From IMG/VR virus record IMGVR_UViG_3300021957_000014, positions 1-64,000 of that record: a stretch of 64,000 bases of DNA, one strand, 5' to 3'. Shown piece after piece: positions 17,101 to 26,713 of the stretch. The position numbers were made by a program, and so were the translations under genes. This DNA is from a virus (taxonomy: Duplodnaviria; Caudoviricetes). Numbering within the stretch: the stretch's first letter is position 1; each line of letters opens with the position of its first letter. The notes beneath the pieces were generated by a model that was not told the DNA's origin, did not search any database, and saw only the letters and a list, made by a program, of their open reading frames with translations.

Positions 17101-18010
17101 GAGTGTTTTCTATTTCTGCATATTTTGTTTTATCAATCTTGAGTGTTATAACACCTTGGATTACTCTTGTTAATTCAACGAAAGATGTACCCAACACTGA
17201 ATCTAAGGTATGTTTACCTAGTACTAGATTAAACTGTAATCTGTCTGCTCCACCAGCGTTCTCATTTGAGGAACCTGCTGCATTGTCTAATAATGAAAGG
17301 TCTGCAGATGAGGTCACCAATGTCTCGGTGATGTTTAGACCTACTTTGAAAGATGGAGCTCCATTGTATTTTTCTAACAGAATTATCTGTTTATCGACCT
17401 TTGTAAAAAATCCTCTTACAAATACAACACCTTCTGATATCTCTGCAATTGATGCTCTACCTAAAGGTTTTTCTGATATTGGTTGAATTTCGAAATCATT
17501 ATGAGAAGCTGAATCTGCAGTAACCGTACCACTTGAATTGTAACCAACTAGTTCTAAAGTTTCTGATGCTGAGAACAAGAAGTCATTACTTTCATTCGTA
17601 CCTTGTTGTACTGGTCTAACAAATAATGTTAGTTTATCGTCTGTAGTTTCTGCTGTACTTGTTACTACCTTTGCAACCACTCCACTAGTTTGTCCTCTGA
17701 CATACTTATTATGAAATGATTCTCTATAAGTTTCTACTGCAGTATCACCAAGTGGGTTAGGATTTGAAGCCTTTACCTTGACAAAGAAAACTTCCATGTC
17801 GATGTTTGCTTGTGCGCCTTGGATGATAGTCCCTTCTTCAAAGAAGTGGTCTCCAAGTCTAGAAATTTGGTTTTGTAGAATTGACTGAGACTGTGTTAAT
17901 TCCCTTGCTTGTAAAGGACGGCCTGCTCTATAAAGAACTTTATGAAATTTCTTATCTTCGGAATAGTCGTCATAATAAGGTGATATATTTAAGTCTGTCT
18001 TCTCTGCCAT
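11141..18010 (-). CDS. Large baseplate/structural protein, DUF4815 (VrlC-like)
   Basis: 2289 aa. Hallmarks TDLNISPYYDDY...RPLQARELTQSQSILQNQ, LARRTFDANGDF, SGFLVDNF, DPLAQSF. Confidence 0.9.
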   Translation of the reverse strand: MAEKTDLNISPYYDDYSEDKKFHKVLYRAGRPLQARELTQSQSILQNQISRLGDHFFEEGTIIQGAQANIDMEVFFVKVKASNPNPLGDTAVETYRESFHNKYVRGQTSGVVAKVVTSTAETTDDKLTLFVRPVQQGTNESNDFLFSASETLELVGYNSSGTVTADSASHNDFEIQPISEKPLGRASIAEISEGVVFVRGFFTKVDKQIILLEKYNGAPSFKVGLNITETLVTSSADLSLLDNAAGSSNENAGGADRLQFNLVLGKHTLDSVLGTSFVELTRVIQGVITLKIDKTKYAEIENTLARRTFDANGDFVVNQFTASTRQHLDTGENLGFYAKGNGGDDDKFVFMVSPGKAYVRGYEIDKVGTTTLTINKARTTESLNNVSAPIRLGNKLRVYNAHGLPEFGNETGQDTIDPHNPVLLYDGLKATLGISDTDATSLSSTGNIGTARVRNVDHVSGVDTNDVYGTDTLFNLYMFDIKMFTKITGTQTNTFTAGDKVTGSVSGASAIVHHIEGSGTTAGLFVHDVQGAFITDDAITAVGQTSNATITAANNTAVRAYNIDRARSVAQLPNVTGREIFTGDVFLDSDQVLAGTITMDNSTTVTGFATQFIKELKEGDQLLDQAGAVNTIASVETETSLTLTSGGTDSYSGNAVRRRAKLIDQNQTANIHAWPRDWVKTHSPDFVTVRRQVTKLVSSGGFSITTNAGETFGARNTDNFAISVREPAGGYAAGDVLNIEDLSPNITTSGSTETLACTVASSNNNAVIDVTYTVTISDPTARGKALSQARCLKVGSPRTSNGFYGTAYDDKDITLGVADVHKIIAVYEGVDGTPITPNGVITTSSGTFVNYEELIGQTSGARAILINNGGGNASYWYYTSKDGATFVGGETVVGQTSVAVGVLGATISQGSPDIKDRYFFDNGQRDGFYDLSKMTLKPGQPTPNGPIMVLFDYFRVSGGGDFFDVSSYSAIDYSQIPVYSPNKVDLGGLEPDGTFELSDCLDFRPVVGQIIGTTTFGTNNSQDPSNPIDLSNSTSGAVYAPFGYETGRSFLGARTGISETNANAVDVPVSGTSLKGDISFYVPRIDKIFLHKKGKFEISQGTPALSPTKPAGLDDCIQLFEIRVPAYTNKLKDIRVRSFDHRRYTMKDIGKIQNRVTNLERITSLSLLEKDTQTKQILDADGFDRYKSGFLVDNFRGHKIGDVNHPDYNCAIDTGMGMLRPKSFTQFFGVTQNEGASSNYQKTGDIITLPYDEVSYVNQNKASRSINVNPYHVFAFIGNIKLSPDTDIWQDTERLPEVTVNREGNFDAVMAENANALGTVWNSWQTTWVGEPTTTSTEVQATSNGSWSGDPLQGGQWVAGLQITREITDTPEIQTRTGVTTTVVEDLVETRNDRVVSMSLIPFIRAKTIEIDATNLKPNSNHYFYFDNIMVNKYVRPYSAAYSQDSGTTTASHLKTDGNGRLRAYFELPNTAVQRFPTGTRELRITSSFYNMANPSSQGTTLYTAQGILQASQTEVISTRNARVIREDRSSTRDFSKRGERLNSERHDTTAPELPPRPINEIPVDNTPPPRNPTGPIFVPGPPILTPDPVVIPVPDPIENPWEEGRRVLDLFEVPNIAPEVVFVPPVITFPTPPHVPQVMVIQDRREMPELQLRRPMVQVVNGGNPRGWGDPLAQSFLVDTVGGLDLTSIDLYFATKDTFMPCSVQIRNMVNGYPGQLVLPFSDVTKNPDDINISADGSLKTTFTFDSPVHLIEDTEYCFVIYSNSNEYEAFISRMGETDITTGETISGQPYAGSLFLSQNASTWTAEQTDDLKFDIKSAKYQIDKVGSVHFENDALPAAKLQVNPIETYADNKLKVYSYMHGLYDDTSNKDNVTIAGVIGDKQNSAVVVTSFSQIGSDALPADGTIDCTGDTHSGGTGSGIKCEVIISSGAITDVNILKCGQGYTAADNITITNIGSSNADVSVILGTPEDTLGGCPIEVINALHSTLADRGIDSFRFTPSLAGYSFASSYAFETTTGGGSNVTSTRNYYFDSLHTMIPSVNLKGTIISANVLTTPQYSPEGIIDGGAYTRRTANRFVTLNDNVFFGSPSIVASPENESREMSSSKSFDLQLQLMSFNPNISPMIDVQAAGCLGIANRINNIDSADGTKNNGTTKSLPVGTGYIPSTEAEGDNNAMVYVTRKVNLKTPATSLKVIADIFRPPTTELKLMYKIIKNDEETLLDDVGFEYFNIDGSPDVVTESDARNFKEYEFTVNDLPEFSGFVVKIVGQGTSTSIVPAVTALRCMALA

Positions 18011-18036
18011 AGTCTTTTAGCCTTGGTATGAAAATG

Positions 18037-18054
18037 TAAAGGGGATTACTCCCC
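18037..18054 (-). terminator. Short terminator-like hairpin after gp8
   Basis: GGGGA-GTAA-TCCCC followed by TTTAC. Confidence 0.55.
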
Positions 18055-18058
18055 AGTA

Positions 18059-19528
18059 TTACATTTCAATAATTAATTTAATATCTTCGATTTGGTCTGC
18101 AGCTCTTGAAACAGCACCACGGTTTTCGATGTACATGATGTTGCCTGAGTAAGCTTGAACCTCGGGGTGTGCAGCGTTAACTGAAGACACCGTACCAATG
18201 TTTGAACCACTCTTGTAAACTACGTCTGCTTGAGCAAAGTTTGCATAACCACCTTCACTGTTTGCTACAGGTATGTGAGATACAACTACTCCGTTTATAG
18301 AAACTATTCTAGAAACTGCTACTCCAACTCCGTCTGAAGATGCATCCATGATTAAATCATCGGGTGATAAACCACTTGTGCTTGATAAAGTCATTTGTGA
18401 ATATGCTGTCATAGAAGGGTCTGAACCAATAGTTGTTGTACCCTTTTTGAATGGGTCTTGTACTAATCCGATTCTTCTGAAGTCATTGTCTGTTGGGAAA
18501 TCTCCACCACCTTCACCAAACTCAAATCTAGAGTTGATGATAATGTAGTTTCCACCTAGTTCTTCTACTGGGTCTGCACCATGTCCAATGATTGGTGAAA
18601 GGATGACTTTAATTGCTGCCCCAGTTCCACCAGCTACTGCTGCTGCAATGTCTACACTTGCACGTCTGTAACCAGAGCCTGGTGTTGTAACTGTTACGTG
18701 TGTGATAGTACCACTGGATACATGTATTGAACATCTACCACCTGTACCATCTCCATCGATTACAACGTTTTCGTATGTACCATCTCCATCGGTATAACCA
18801 CTGCCTGCTGAAGTTACTACTGCATGATAGATTGCACCATCTACTGAGTCATTTTCTACATCCCATTGTGCTGTACTATCATTTGTTGCAACGGTTCCTA
18901 ATCCACCGTTCTCACCTGTTCCAAATATTTCGGTTTGAGCTCCAATTGTTTTAACTGGGATAAAGTCGTTAGTTACAAATTTGATTACGTCTGAAGCTGA
19001 GATTGAATACATGTATTTCCATTTGTATCCTCTACCTGTTCCCGCGTCTGCATCAGCAGTTTCAATAATTGCAGTTGAAGATGTACCACTAGGTGCTACA
19101 GTAGAGGCAACGACAGCACCGCCTGAACTTCTACCTGTTCTGATACATTTGTACACGTTGTAGTCTTCTGTCATCACATAAAATCTAGAATCGTAAACGT
19201 TTGATGCACTAGTTGCTGTTGAGTTGTTCCCAACTGCACCTACATCATGTTGATATTCGTCATAAGTTGTGTTTGCAGTCCAGTTATATCTAACTAAACC
19301 ATGAGTTACATCGCCAGTAGGCACTTTCTTTAGTGCAATCATGTCTGACCATGCGTCTAACTCTTCACCAACTGAATTAGTTGGGTCTGTAGGTACTGCA
19401 TCGTTTGGCCATGCAAATGACCTTCCTATGAATATATAAGTTGAAGAGGAAGTTTCTGCTGATGAGAAGTCCTCTTTGAATTGTTTCGCGTTATGTGTAC
19501 GAAACTTCTCTGTGATTATTGCTGCCAT
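18059..19528 (-). CDS. gp8: Baseplate wedge subunit gp8
   Basis: MAAIITEKFR, YIFIGR, YNVYKC, GYKWKYMY, and C-terminus YIENR...R..DQIEDIKLIIE. Confidence 0.92.
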   Translation of the reverse strand: MAAIITEKFRTHNAKQFKEDFSSAETSSSTYIFIGRSFAWPNDAVPTDPTNSVGEELDAWSDMIALKKVPTGDVTHGLVRYNWTANTTYDEYQHDVGAVGNNSTATSASNVYDSRFYVMTEDYNVYKCIRTGRSSGGAVVASTVAPSGTSSTAIIETADADAGTGRGYKWKYMYSISASDVIKFVTNDFIPVKTIGAQTEIFGTGENGGLGTVATNDSTAQWDVENDSVDGAIYHAVVTSAGSGYTDGDGTYENVVIDGDGTGGRCSIHVSSGTITHVTVTTPGSGYRRASVDIAAAVAGGTGAAIKVILSPIIGHGADPVEELGGNYIIINSRFEFGEGGGDFPTDNDFRRIGLVQDPFKKGTTTIGSDPSMTAYSQMTLSSTSGLSPDDLIMDASSDGVGVAVSRIVSINGVVVSHIPVANSEGGYANFAQADVVYKSGSNIGTVSSVNAAHPEVQAYSGNIMYIENRGAVSRAADQIEDIKLIIEM

Positions 19529-19569
19529 TTTTATTTCTCTCCCGAAATTATATAATACTATTTATAACA

Positions 19570-22500
19570 CTAACCCGACTTAACATAAGCGGAATAGGTC
19601 AAATTTGTTCTTTTATTTGCATAACTCTTCTCATATTCATCTGAATATCTATTTGGGAAGTAGTTATCAAAGGATGATATTCTCAGTCCTTCATATTTAG
19701 GTGTTTCCACCATTACGTTTCCATAGCCATTTTCTAAGATGATACCATCATCACTCTCGTCTTTTAGATAATACGATATGTCATATGATTGTTGACTTGA
19801 TAACATATTTAGTCGTCTTAATGTTGTTCCAAAACCATAATTCTGTTCTGCTCTTGCATAAGACTGAGTTCTTTCTGATACAAAATACTCTTCTTCTCTA
19901 GAGGTGGTTGCATCTTCCAAGAACATGATTGTTCCATCTTCATATTGAATGAAGTCTCCTTCCTCTGCAGCTGTATTCTGTGCATGGGTAGGTTCCATTC
20001 TCATGAAGTTATCAATCTGTTCTTGTACAATCTTGTCTCCATCTTCCAATACTAACCTTTCATCACTGAGTGTTTGTATTGAAGTCTGTACTTTACCATC
20101 TAAAGACGTTCTTGTTGGTAATGTGATAAGGTTTCCAGCAGTATCATAGATATTACTGTTCATATTACCACCAATACCCGATATCTCTACGTGAGTTCCA
20201 TAAGCATCTGTTGGATATAAAGATAATACCGTATCATATGAAGGAACACTTTTTGCAGCTCTTCCACCCATTCCAGCATGTAATGTACAATAATAGTAAA
20301 GAGTAGAAGGTGTTGTACCATCTACAATCAAATGAGTCATGTTATATAAATCAGCTGAATTATTGTGTGTGTAGTTTATAACACCACTTGTATAAATGGT
20401 ACCACCACCGTGAGTTCCATCTGCGGTTGTTGAGAATTTTAGTACATGAGTTTTAGGAACCGTAAAGTAGTAGTTGTATCCTTGTTTGATTTGAATTGCA
20501 CCTGCTTCATCGGCTAAGTCCATTTTAAATCTACCACCACTGACTGTAACATTTACATGAGCGTGTTTAGGATTGGTATCAGTTCTTGTTGTTTTTCTTT
20601 GCAGTGGTTCAGACTTAGAAACAATTTTAAAAATGTTTACGTGTCTAGCCTGTAATCTAGTATGATGCAATATGGATGAAGCATCTAAGACTCCATCTGG
20701 CTCAGGTGACCCAGCATCCACATAGAATGTTATTGGGTCATTTATTCTAGCAGGAGCAATAAATCTTGCATCCGTAATTTTACTTTCGGGTCTTGCTAGT
20801 TCGTTGATAACTTTAAAACCATCCTCTAATAGGATATTATTGTTTTCATATAACTTACCATCTTCTTGTGTCTCAAGAACCATGTAATCTGTAAGATAGG
20901 TTTGTAATTGCTTAAGTGTCTGTTTAGAGAAGTGGGCAAAGTTATCTCTAGAGTTTTCATTCTCTAGTAGATGTATATTTGATGTGGTATATAATTCGTT
21001 ATCAACTGGAAGACCGTCTTCCAAGGCCAAGTGGTTTTCATTATTTCTATCTGAAGTTTCCAACAATACATTGTCTGTTGGGTGCAACTGCATAATAACC
21101 ATAGGCACGAATGTAGTTGATATGATACCCATTCGGTTTTCGGGATTGAGGTCTTCGTCTGAAAAACGTCCTTCGGGTATGTCTGTACTTTTTACAACCT
21201 TTTGGATTGCAACTTCACCAAAGAATATATGACCAGCTGGATGTAGTAAATCTTTAACTACACTTCTCCACTTGTTGATAGATTCACCAACTCTAACTAT
21301 ATAAGAATGTGATTGATATCTATGACTATCATGTATGTTGGCTGCTGTAGCATCTAACCAAGACTTGTCACCAATGAAATGTTCTTGTACAACACCTTCA
21401 CCACCAAACGTACCACGACCATTATAAGGGTCATCATACATTACTTCAAATGAATCTACATTGGCATATGCAACCCTTTCGTTGTTTTGAAAAGACCCCT
21501 TTAAATTTGTATACTTAAGAACGTGTCTGTCTTGGTCGTAACTAATAACTTCAGCAGTTGCTCCCGAAATGTCACCAACAATTTTTTCTCCTTGGTTTAG
21601 AGAGGATGTTGGAGTTGTAATCATCATAGGGAAAGTTGATGTAGGACTTGCGACTGTGTCTGAAGTAAATCTATTACCTTGGTCTAGAATGTTTAACTTT
21701 TCAATTGCACCAATAGTTGATGAGTAGGTAAACATTTTTGCACCGTTACCTGTTGAAACATTTTGATTACGAATAATTGCAGTTGCTTCAGAGGTGTTAC
21801 CTTCGATTGGAGCTCCCTCTACGAACACACCAGTATGAGTACTATCCCTAAGAATAGTCATTCTGTTTAGACGTAAATCTATTTCTAAAATCTTTCCTGT
21901 AGCAGTTATACTAAAGTCTTGTATCTGAGATAACTGCTCACCTTCAACAAATGCACTAACATCGTCAAGGAATATATACCCGCCTGGATATACTTTAGGA
22001 AGAGTGTGATAACCAGCGCCAGGGTCTGAAATAAGAACTTCTCTGATTCTTCCATCGGTAGTATTATAGTTCATTGCTCTACCGTCTTCGTATACTATTC
22101 TATAGTATTCAATGACAATCTCTATAACATCACCAGCAGAACATGGTTCTGTAAATACTACTCTATCATTTTTGTGTGAGTAGTCATGAACTGTATGTGA
22201 GGTATTAGCCTTTCTTTCTATACCATTTTTAAATACCTTAATGAAGTTATCATTAAAGAATAGGCTCTTTCCATGGATATCATTTCCATTGAAAAGTGTT
22301 TGGTCTGCAATTGCAATGAACTCGTACTGACCAAAAGTTTCGTGGTTTTCTTGAATGACTTCGTCACCCACTGACCCTAAAACACCAGCTGCGCCCGAAC
22401 CACCTGTGGCAAAGTTATCAAAGACAACCATCTCTCCACCTTCGTAGTTCGTTCCACCAGTTTCAATAAATACTCTTTCAACTCCACCTAGTGACAACCC

Positions 22501-23805
22501 ACTTACGTTGGTTACACATTCTACACTGTCTAGGTTGTCCTTTGCACCGATAAAGTTAATCTTATCAGCATTACTATACATGGAACCAGCATTTCCACCT
22601 TCAAGCAGTACACCACTGCCATCTTCCCATAATAGGTCAAAGTCTACAGGTTCTTTTAAAATTAACCCACCGTCTTCTAATAATGCGTTGTCACCAGTTT
22701 CGGTTAGTATACTACCATCTTCTGAGTCCACACCAACATAAGTTGAAGATGCATCGTGGTTTATAGAATGTACTAGACCTTGAAGTACCCCAGTCTCGAT
22801 GGTCACACCATCTCTATCGACTAACTCTACCGCTGCACCAGCAGTAAATGTTCCTTTGTGATTGTCTGTAATTTGTAATGAAAATTCATCGTTGCTGAGG
22901 TCAAGAACATATACGGATTCAACAACTGACTCAGCTTGAATTGTAGTTCTAGTGGCATCTTTGTATTCTACAATTTTATCTGTAGCAACTGGAAGTCTAC
23001 CTTCCTTATCCATCTTGACATTTACTCTTCTTTCTTGAGAGTAGTTTGAATCAGATGCAAATATTGTTTCGTTGTAGGGGTAACGCACCTCGGCATCGTC
23101 CCCATATAGAAGTCTCATCAAGAATTTTAATGAGTCTTCTGTTCCCTTTTGTTGATATAGGTCTTTGATGTTTTTGATTGTGAGTCTCTTGTTCATTGTG
23201 AGACCCAAATCGAAAGCTGGTGCTAAATCTGTTTGGAAGTAATTTAAAAAATCTTCCGTTGTATGGTCGATATCAGAATAATCTAATAGTCGATTGTTTG
23301 CGAGAATTGTATTTTCTTTATATGAAACAACGGAAGTTTCTCGTCCACCTTCTCGTCCTTTAATGATTTCACCCTTGGCAAAACCTGTTCCCGATATTGT
23401 TTGTAGATACAATGTGTTATTATTAATAACTGTTATTTTAGAAACAGTTTTACTTGTGCTACCTACAATGTATTCACCAACTTTATATGGGTCGGTAAAT
23501 GCATTTGTGCTATCATCATAACCATTGTATAATACTTTTGAACTTTCTTGGTCGGGTGATGGCGAGACGGTAGCAGTTTCCAATAACATGGAACCTGTAC
23601 CGTCTTCATTTAAAATACCATCTATGTCACTCTTACTGAAATCAGATTTATTACTGACTTCGAAGACTAAGATTTCTGCTTCTAGATACTCAAAGTATGC
23701 ATTGAGGAAAGCCTCAAACATCGGAGACTCTTCCTTCAAATACTCGGGAAGTAATGAAGGTAGTCTATGACTTAGTTTATCTATTGAAAATTCTTGGTGT
23801 GACAT
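19570..23805 (-). CDS. gp7: Baseplate wedge initiator gp7-like
   Basis: LPEY...FL.AYFEYLE, IKNIKDLY..KGT..S.KFLMRLLYG, DS.RYQ.HSY, LLHPAG..FFGE. Lies between gp6 and gp8. Confidence 0.88.
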   Translation of the reverse strand: MSHQEFSIDKLSHRLPSLLPEYLKEESPMFEAFLNAYFEYLEAEILVFEVSNKSDFSKSDIDGILNEDGTGSMLLETATVSPSPDQESSKVLYNGYDDSTNAFTDPYKVGEYIVGSTSKTVSKITVINNNTLYLQTISGTGFAKGEIIKGREGGRETSVVSYKENTILANNRLLDYSDIDHTTEDFLNYFQTDLAPAFDLGLTMNKRLTIKNIKDLYQQKGTEDSLKFLMRLLYGDDAEVRYPYNETIFASDSNYSQERRVNVKMDKEGRLPVATDKIVEYKDATRTTIQAESVVESVYVLDLSNDEFSLQITDNHKGTFTAGAAVELVDRDGVTIETGVLQGLVHSINHDASSTYVGVDSEDGSILTETGDNALLEDGGLILKEPVDFDLLWEDGSGVLLEGGNAGSMYSNADKINFIGAKDNLDSVECVTNVSGLSLGGVERVFIETGGTNYEGGEMVVFDNFATGGSGAAGVLGSVGDEVIQENHETFGQYEFIAIADQTLFNGNDIHGKSLFFNDNFIKVFKNGIERKANTSHTVHDYSHKNDRVVFTEPCSAGDVIEIVIEYYRIVYEDGRAMNYNTTDGRIREVLISDPGAGYHTLPKVYPGGYIFLDDVSAFVEGEQLSQIQDFSITATGKILEIDLRLNRMTILRDSTHTGVFVEGAPIEGNTSEATAIIRNQNVSTGNGAKMFTYSSTIGAIEKLNILDQGNRFTSDTVASPTSTFPMMITTPTSSLNQGEKIVGDISGATAEVISYDQDRHVLKYTNLKGSFQNNERVAYANVDSFEVMYDDPYNGRGTFGGEGVVQEHFIGDKSWLDATAANIHDSHRYQSHSYIVRVGESINKWRSVVKDLLHPAGHIFFGEVAIQKVVKSTDIPEGRFSDEDLNPENRMGIISTTFVPMVIMQLHPTDNVLLETSDRNNENHLALEDGLPVDNELYTTSNIHLLENENSRDNFAHFSKQTLKQLQTYLTDYMVLETQEDGKLYENNNILLEDGFKVINELARPESKITDARFIAPARINDPITFYVDAGSPEPDGVLDASSILHHTRLQARHVNIFKIVSKSEPLQRKTTRTDTNPKHAHVNVTVSGGRFKMDLADEAGAIQIKQGYNYYFTVPKTHVLKFSTTADGTHGGGTIYTSGVINYTHNNSADLYNMTHLIVDGTTPSTLYYYCTLHAGMGGRAAKSVPSYDTVLSLYPTDAYGTHVEISGIGGNMNSNIYDTAGNLITLPTRTSLDGKVQTSIQTLSDERLVLEDGDKIVQEQIDNFMRMEPTHAQNTAAEEGDFIQYEDGTIMFLEDATTSREEEYFVSERTQSYARAEQNYGFGTTLRRLNMLSSQQSYDISYYLKDESDDGIILENGYGNVMVETPKYEGLRISSFDNYFPNRYSDEYEKSYANKRTNLTYSAYVKSG

Positions 23806-23820
23806 ATTTTTAGCTTAACC

Positions 23821-24294
23821 TTAAGTTATAGTTGCACCATTCTTTGCCACAACAAACCAAGCAGTACCATTCCACATAAGTAGAACTGACTCTCCACGAG
23901 TATCCATCTGAATCTGAAGAGTTGTATCTGTGGAGTAACCCCAAGAAGCAACTTGAATCTGAGCTTTATGAGTTGAAGCTGGTTCAGTAGATAGTAGGAT
24001 AATTTTTAACTGACCTACGTCTGTTCCGTTATCCAAAGTGAATTCAACATCACCACTGAATGCAGTTCCATCAATGAACGTTGCAAAAGTTGATGCAAGG
24101 TTTGATGCTGTTGCTGTCAATGTAGCAATATCATCTATCGCTATGTGAGTTGGAATGTTTTCAAACATCTGACCAATGGTCATCTTTTTGTTTACAGGAG
24201 TTCCGCCTGGGTTGTCTACAATGTGCAATAAATCATCAGCACCGATTTCTGAATCGGCAACTGCTGTTAATGCTGTTATTTTCTTATCTGCCAT
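23821..24294 (-). CDS. Virion structural protein (MADKKIT.L family)
   Basis: 157 aa, strong RBS, beta-rich C-terminal domain ending LMWNGTAWFV. Confidence 0.7.
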   Translation of the reverse strand: MADKKITALTAVADSEIGADDLLHIVDNPGGTPVNKKMTIGQMFENIPTHIAIDDIATLTATASNLASTFATFIDGTAFSGDVEFTLDNGTDVGQLKIILLSTEPASTHKAQIQVASWGYSTDTTLQIQMDTRGESVLLMWNGTAWFVVAKNGATIT

Positions 24295-24392
24295 TTTTAT
24301 TTCTCCTAAAATTGACTAATTTAATTAAAACCTCTTTCGAGGAATGCTACTCTAAGCACTGAACCTACAGTCTTAGACCACTCTATGCATAA

Positions 24393-26264
24393 TTAATATG
24401 TCGAGGATGATGTGGATTTGTATCCAACACCAGCACTTGACTCACCACTTGCAATGGTGTCTACTTCACCTGTTACACTAACATCTGTTGGGTCGATATC
24501 CACTAGATTACCTAGTGTTGCAACCACATCATTACCTGCTGGTATAACTGTGAAATCAATCGTTGAATCAGTATTGACCGTTGAGGTAATATTGATGGCA
24601 TTGATTGTTATTTTCCCATTCGGATAATCCACTGTACCAGCTGCACTATCCAAATAAACTCTGGCCCCACTTGATAAGTAGAACCGTCTAAGAGTACCCT
24701 TACCGTCATCATCGAAATAATGAACGTTAACTGTATCTCCTTGAGTATAGAAACCTGTTGTTTGGGTGATACCACCACCCGCTGCATTATATCCACTGTT
24801 TGGATTGTATAATGCATTACCGAAAGCACTTAAATAACCAGTCTCTTGTCCAGTCTTTATAGTAGTTGCTTTCCTTAATCTGATATTACATGTATTAGAT
24901 AGTATTGACCCATCTGTTTCATCGATAGACTTAACAAGATTTGAATGTCTGAACACTGAATCAAAGTTTGCAAGATTAGTATTATCGAATGTGTTAATTG
25001 CACTCGTTACTAGTGTTACCAATTCTCCGTTAGAATATTGAGTTGCATTCTCGTTATACTTGAATACACATGTGATTAAAATTTTGACTATGTCTGCATC
25101 GATGATAGTAGGTCTAACAGTCAACATGTTTAGTTTGTTGAGTTTGCTTTGAACTAACTTCTTCTCTGTATCAGATAAGTAGTCTGCGTTCTTAGGTTTA
25201 AGTGCAATAAACACTTTACCATATTCGGGTGGGTCATTGTCTTCACCACCCCATACTGCAACTGCATCTGCATTCGGATAATACTCACTGACCTTTGCTT
25301 TGTAGTCATTCAGTGTTACCAGTCTGTTTTGAGATGTATAGAACTTCGTTGCTTTAAACTTGATAGAATCTATAGACTCTTTCTCTGCACCACCTGTAGC
25401 TGGAATAACTCTAGTTGTTCTTATATCTGAGAAACCATTGATACCACCCACCATTGTAAATAAGTTAGCACCATCTGCATGGTTTTCATCTACTACAATG
25501 TATGTCACTGCAATCGAATCCCCATCTTTGAGATTAGCACCAAGAACTCCATCACCAAAGTATAATTCAATATAACCTTCTTCGTTTTCTTGGGTATAGT
25601 ATACTTTACTCGATGTTGTAATTGCAGAGATGTTTGTTGATAAAGCATAGTTAGATGATAAACCACCACTTGTAACTACAACACTCAATTTAGATTTGTC
25701 TACCCTTGCATTACTAAGTACAAACTTTGAATTTGCAATTTGATTATCAAAAACAAAAATGTCTGTTGCATAAGTTCCTTGTACAAGGTTTACGTCCGTG
25801 TAATTGTAAGTAGTTCCATTCTGGCTAGGTCTTACTGTTGATGATACTACAAAATCGTAGTTAGTTCCATCATACACTGTCTGAAAAACTGTTCCTCTCA
25901 ATAGTTGCATTTCAGCTGTAGTTGGAGAAGTACCATTTGCATTTCTAACTCCACTACATGCAACATCAATTGTTGCTTCAGAGGCTGATTCAGACGCTGG
26001 AATGAATCCTAAATCCTTTGCACGAGATACTACATTCTTTCTCATCTGTGCAGAGTCTAGGAATAATTCCGAAGCTGCTATGTTTGTATTGATTGCACCT
26101 ATGTGAGATGCATATGCGAGAAGGTCAATCAAGACTGACATGTTTGACCCTTCAAAATCATAATCTTTGAATTGAGACTGACCTTTTAGATATCCCTTTA
26201 GGTTATCTGAAATTGAATCAAAATCTAAATCTGTTACATTTATTTGTGAACTGTTTGTTGCCAT
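24393..26264 (-). CDS. gp6: Baseplate wedge subunit gp6
   Basis: LDFDSI..NLK.YLK.Q..F.DYDFEGS, FLDSA..R.NVVS.AK, QNRLVT..DY, PP.YGKVFI. Confidence 0.95.
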   Translation of the reverse strand: MATNSSQINVTDLDFDSISDNLKGYLKGQSQFKDYDFEGSNMSVLIDLLAYASHIGAINTNIAASELFLDSAQMRKNVVSRAKDLGFIPASESASEATIDVACSGVRNANGTSPTTAEMQLLRGTVFQTVYDGTNYDFVVSSTVRPSQNGTTYNYTDVNLVQGTYATDIFVFDNQIANSKFVLSNARVDKSKLSVVVTSGGLSSNYALSTNISAITTSSKVYYTQENEEGYIELYFGDGVLGANLKDGDSIAVTYIVVDENHADGANLFTMVGGINGFSDIRTTRVIPATGGAEKESIDSIKFKATKFYTSQNRLVTLNDYKAKVSEYYPNADAVAVWGGEDNDPPEYGKVFIALKPKNADYLSDTEKKLVQSKLNKLNMLTVRPTIIDADIVKILITCVFKYNENATQYSNGELVTLVTSAINTFDNTNLANFDSVFRHSNLVKSIDETDGSILSNTCNIRLRKATTIKTGQETGYLSAFGNALYNPNSGYNAAGGGITQTTGFYTQGDTVNVHYFDDDGKGTLRRFYLSSGARVYLDSAAGTVDYPNGKITINAINITSTVNTDSTIDFTVIPAGNDVVATLGNLVDIDPTDVSVTGEVDTIASGESSAGVGYKSTSSSTY

Positions 26265-26265
26265 C

Positions 26266-26685
26266 TTATCGTGCCCTTGTTACTGTGAATGTCAAATCGT
26301 TATTTGGAACACCCTCGTTAATGTTGTAGAATACTGTTACATCCATATTGTTGTCATCCACATCATCAAATTTTATAGTTACATTTGAGACTCTTGGTTC
26401 GAACTTCTCTATAGTATCTGCTAAGACTCTTTTCATTCTACGTACCTTTCTATCGGTATCTAATTCGAATAACATGTTTCTGATAGACCCACCAAAGTTT
26501 GGTTTAAATGGTCTTTCATATTTGTTGGTTAGAACAATGTTTCTTACTGCTCTACGTATTGCATCCGTATCCGTTTTAATGGTTACATCACCTGTGACTG
26601 GATGAGCTCTCATAGTGATATCCATATCAGAGTGTATGTTTTTGTTTGCAACGGTCTTTCCGTTATTTACTAGTTGGTCTGACAT
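26266..26685 (-). CDS. gp25: Baseplate wedge subunit gp25
   Basis: HPVTGD, AIRRAVRNIVLT...ERPF.P.FG, I.KFEPRV. Late promoter at 26691-26698. Confidence 0.95.
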   Translation of the reverse strand: MSDQLVNNGKTVANKNIHSDMDITMRAHPVTGDVTIKTDTDAIRRAVRNIVLTNKYERPFKPNFGGSIRNMLFELDTDRKVRRMKRVLADTIEKFEPRVSNVTIKFDDVDDNNMDVTVFYNINEGVPNNDLTFTVTRAR

Positions 26686-26713
26686 ATATCTATTTATACT
26701 CGCTTACTTATTA

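Noticed and set aside
24330-24390. Pistol-like ribozyme
   Set aside because: Pseudoknot pairing is possible, but the P1 stem and the conserved AAA linker are missing.
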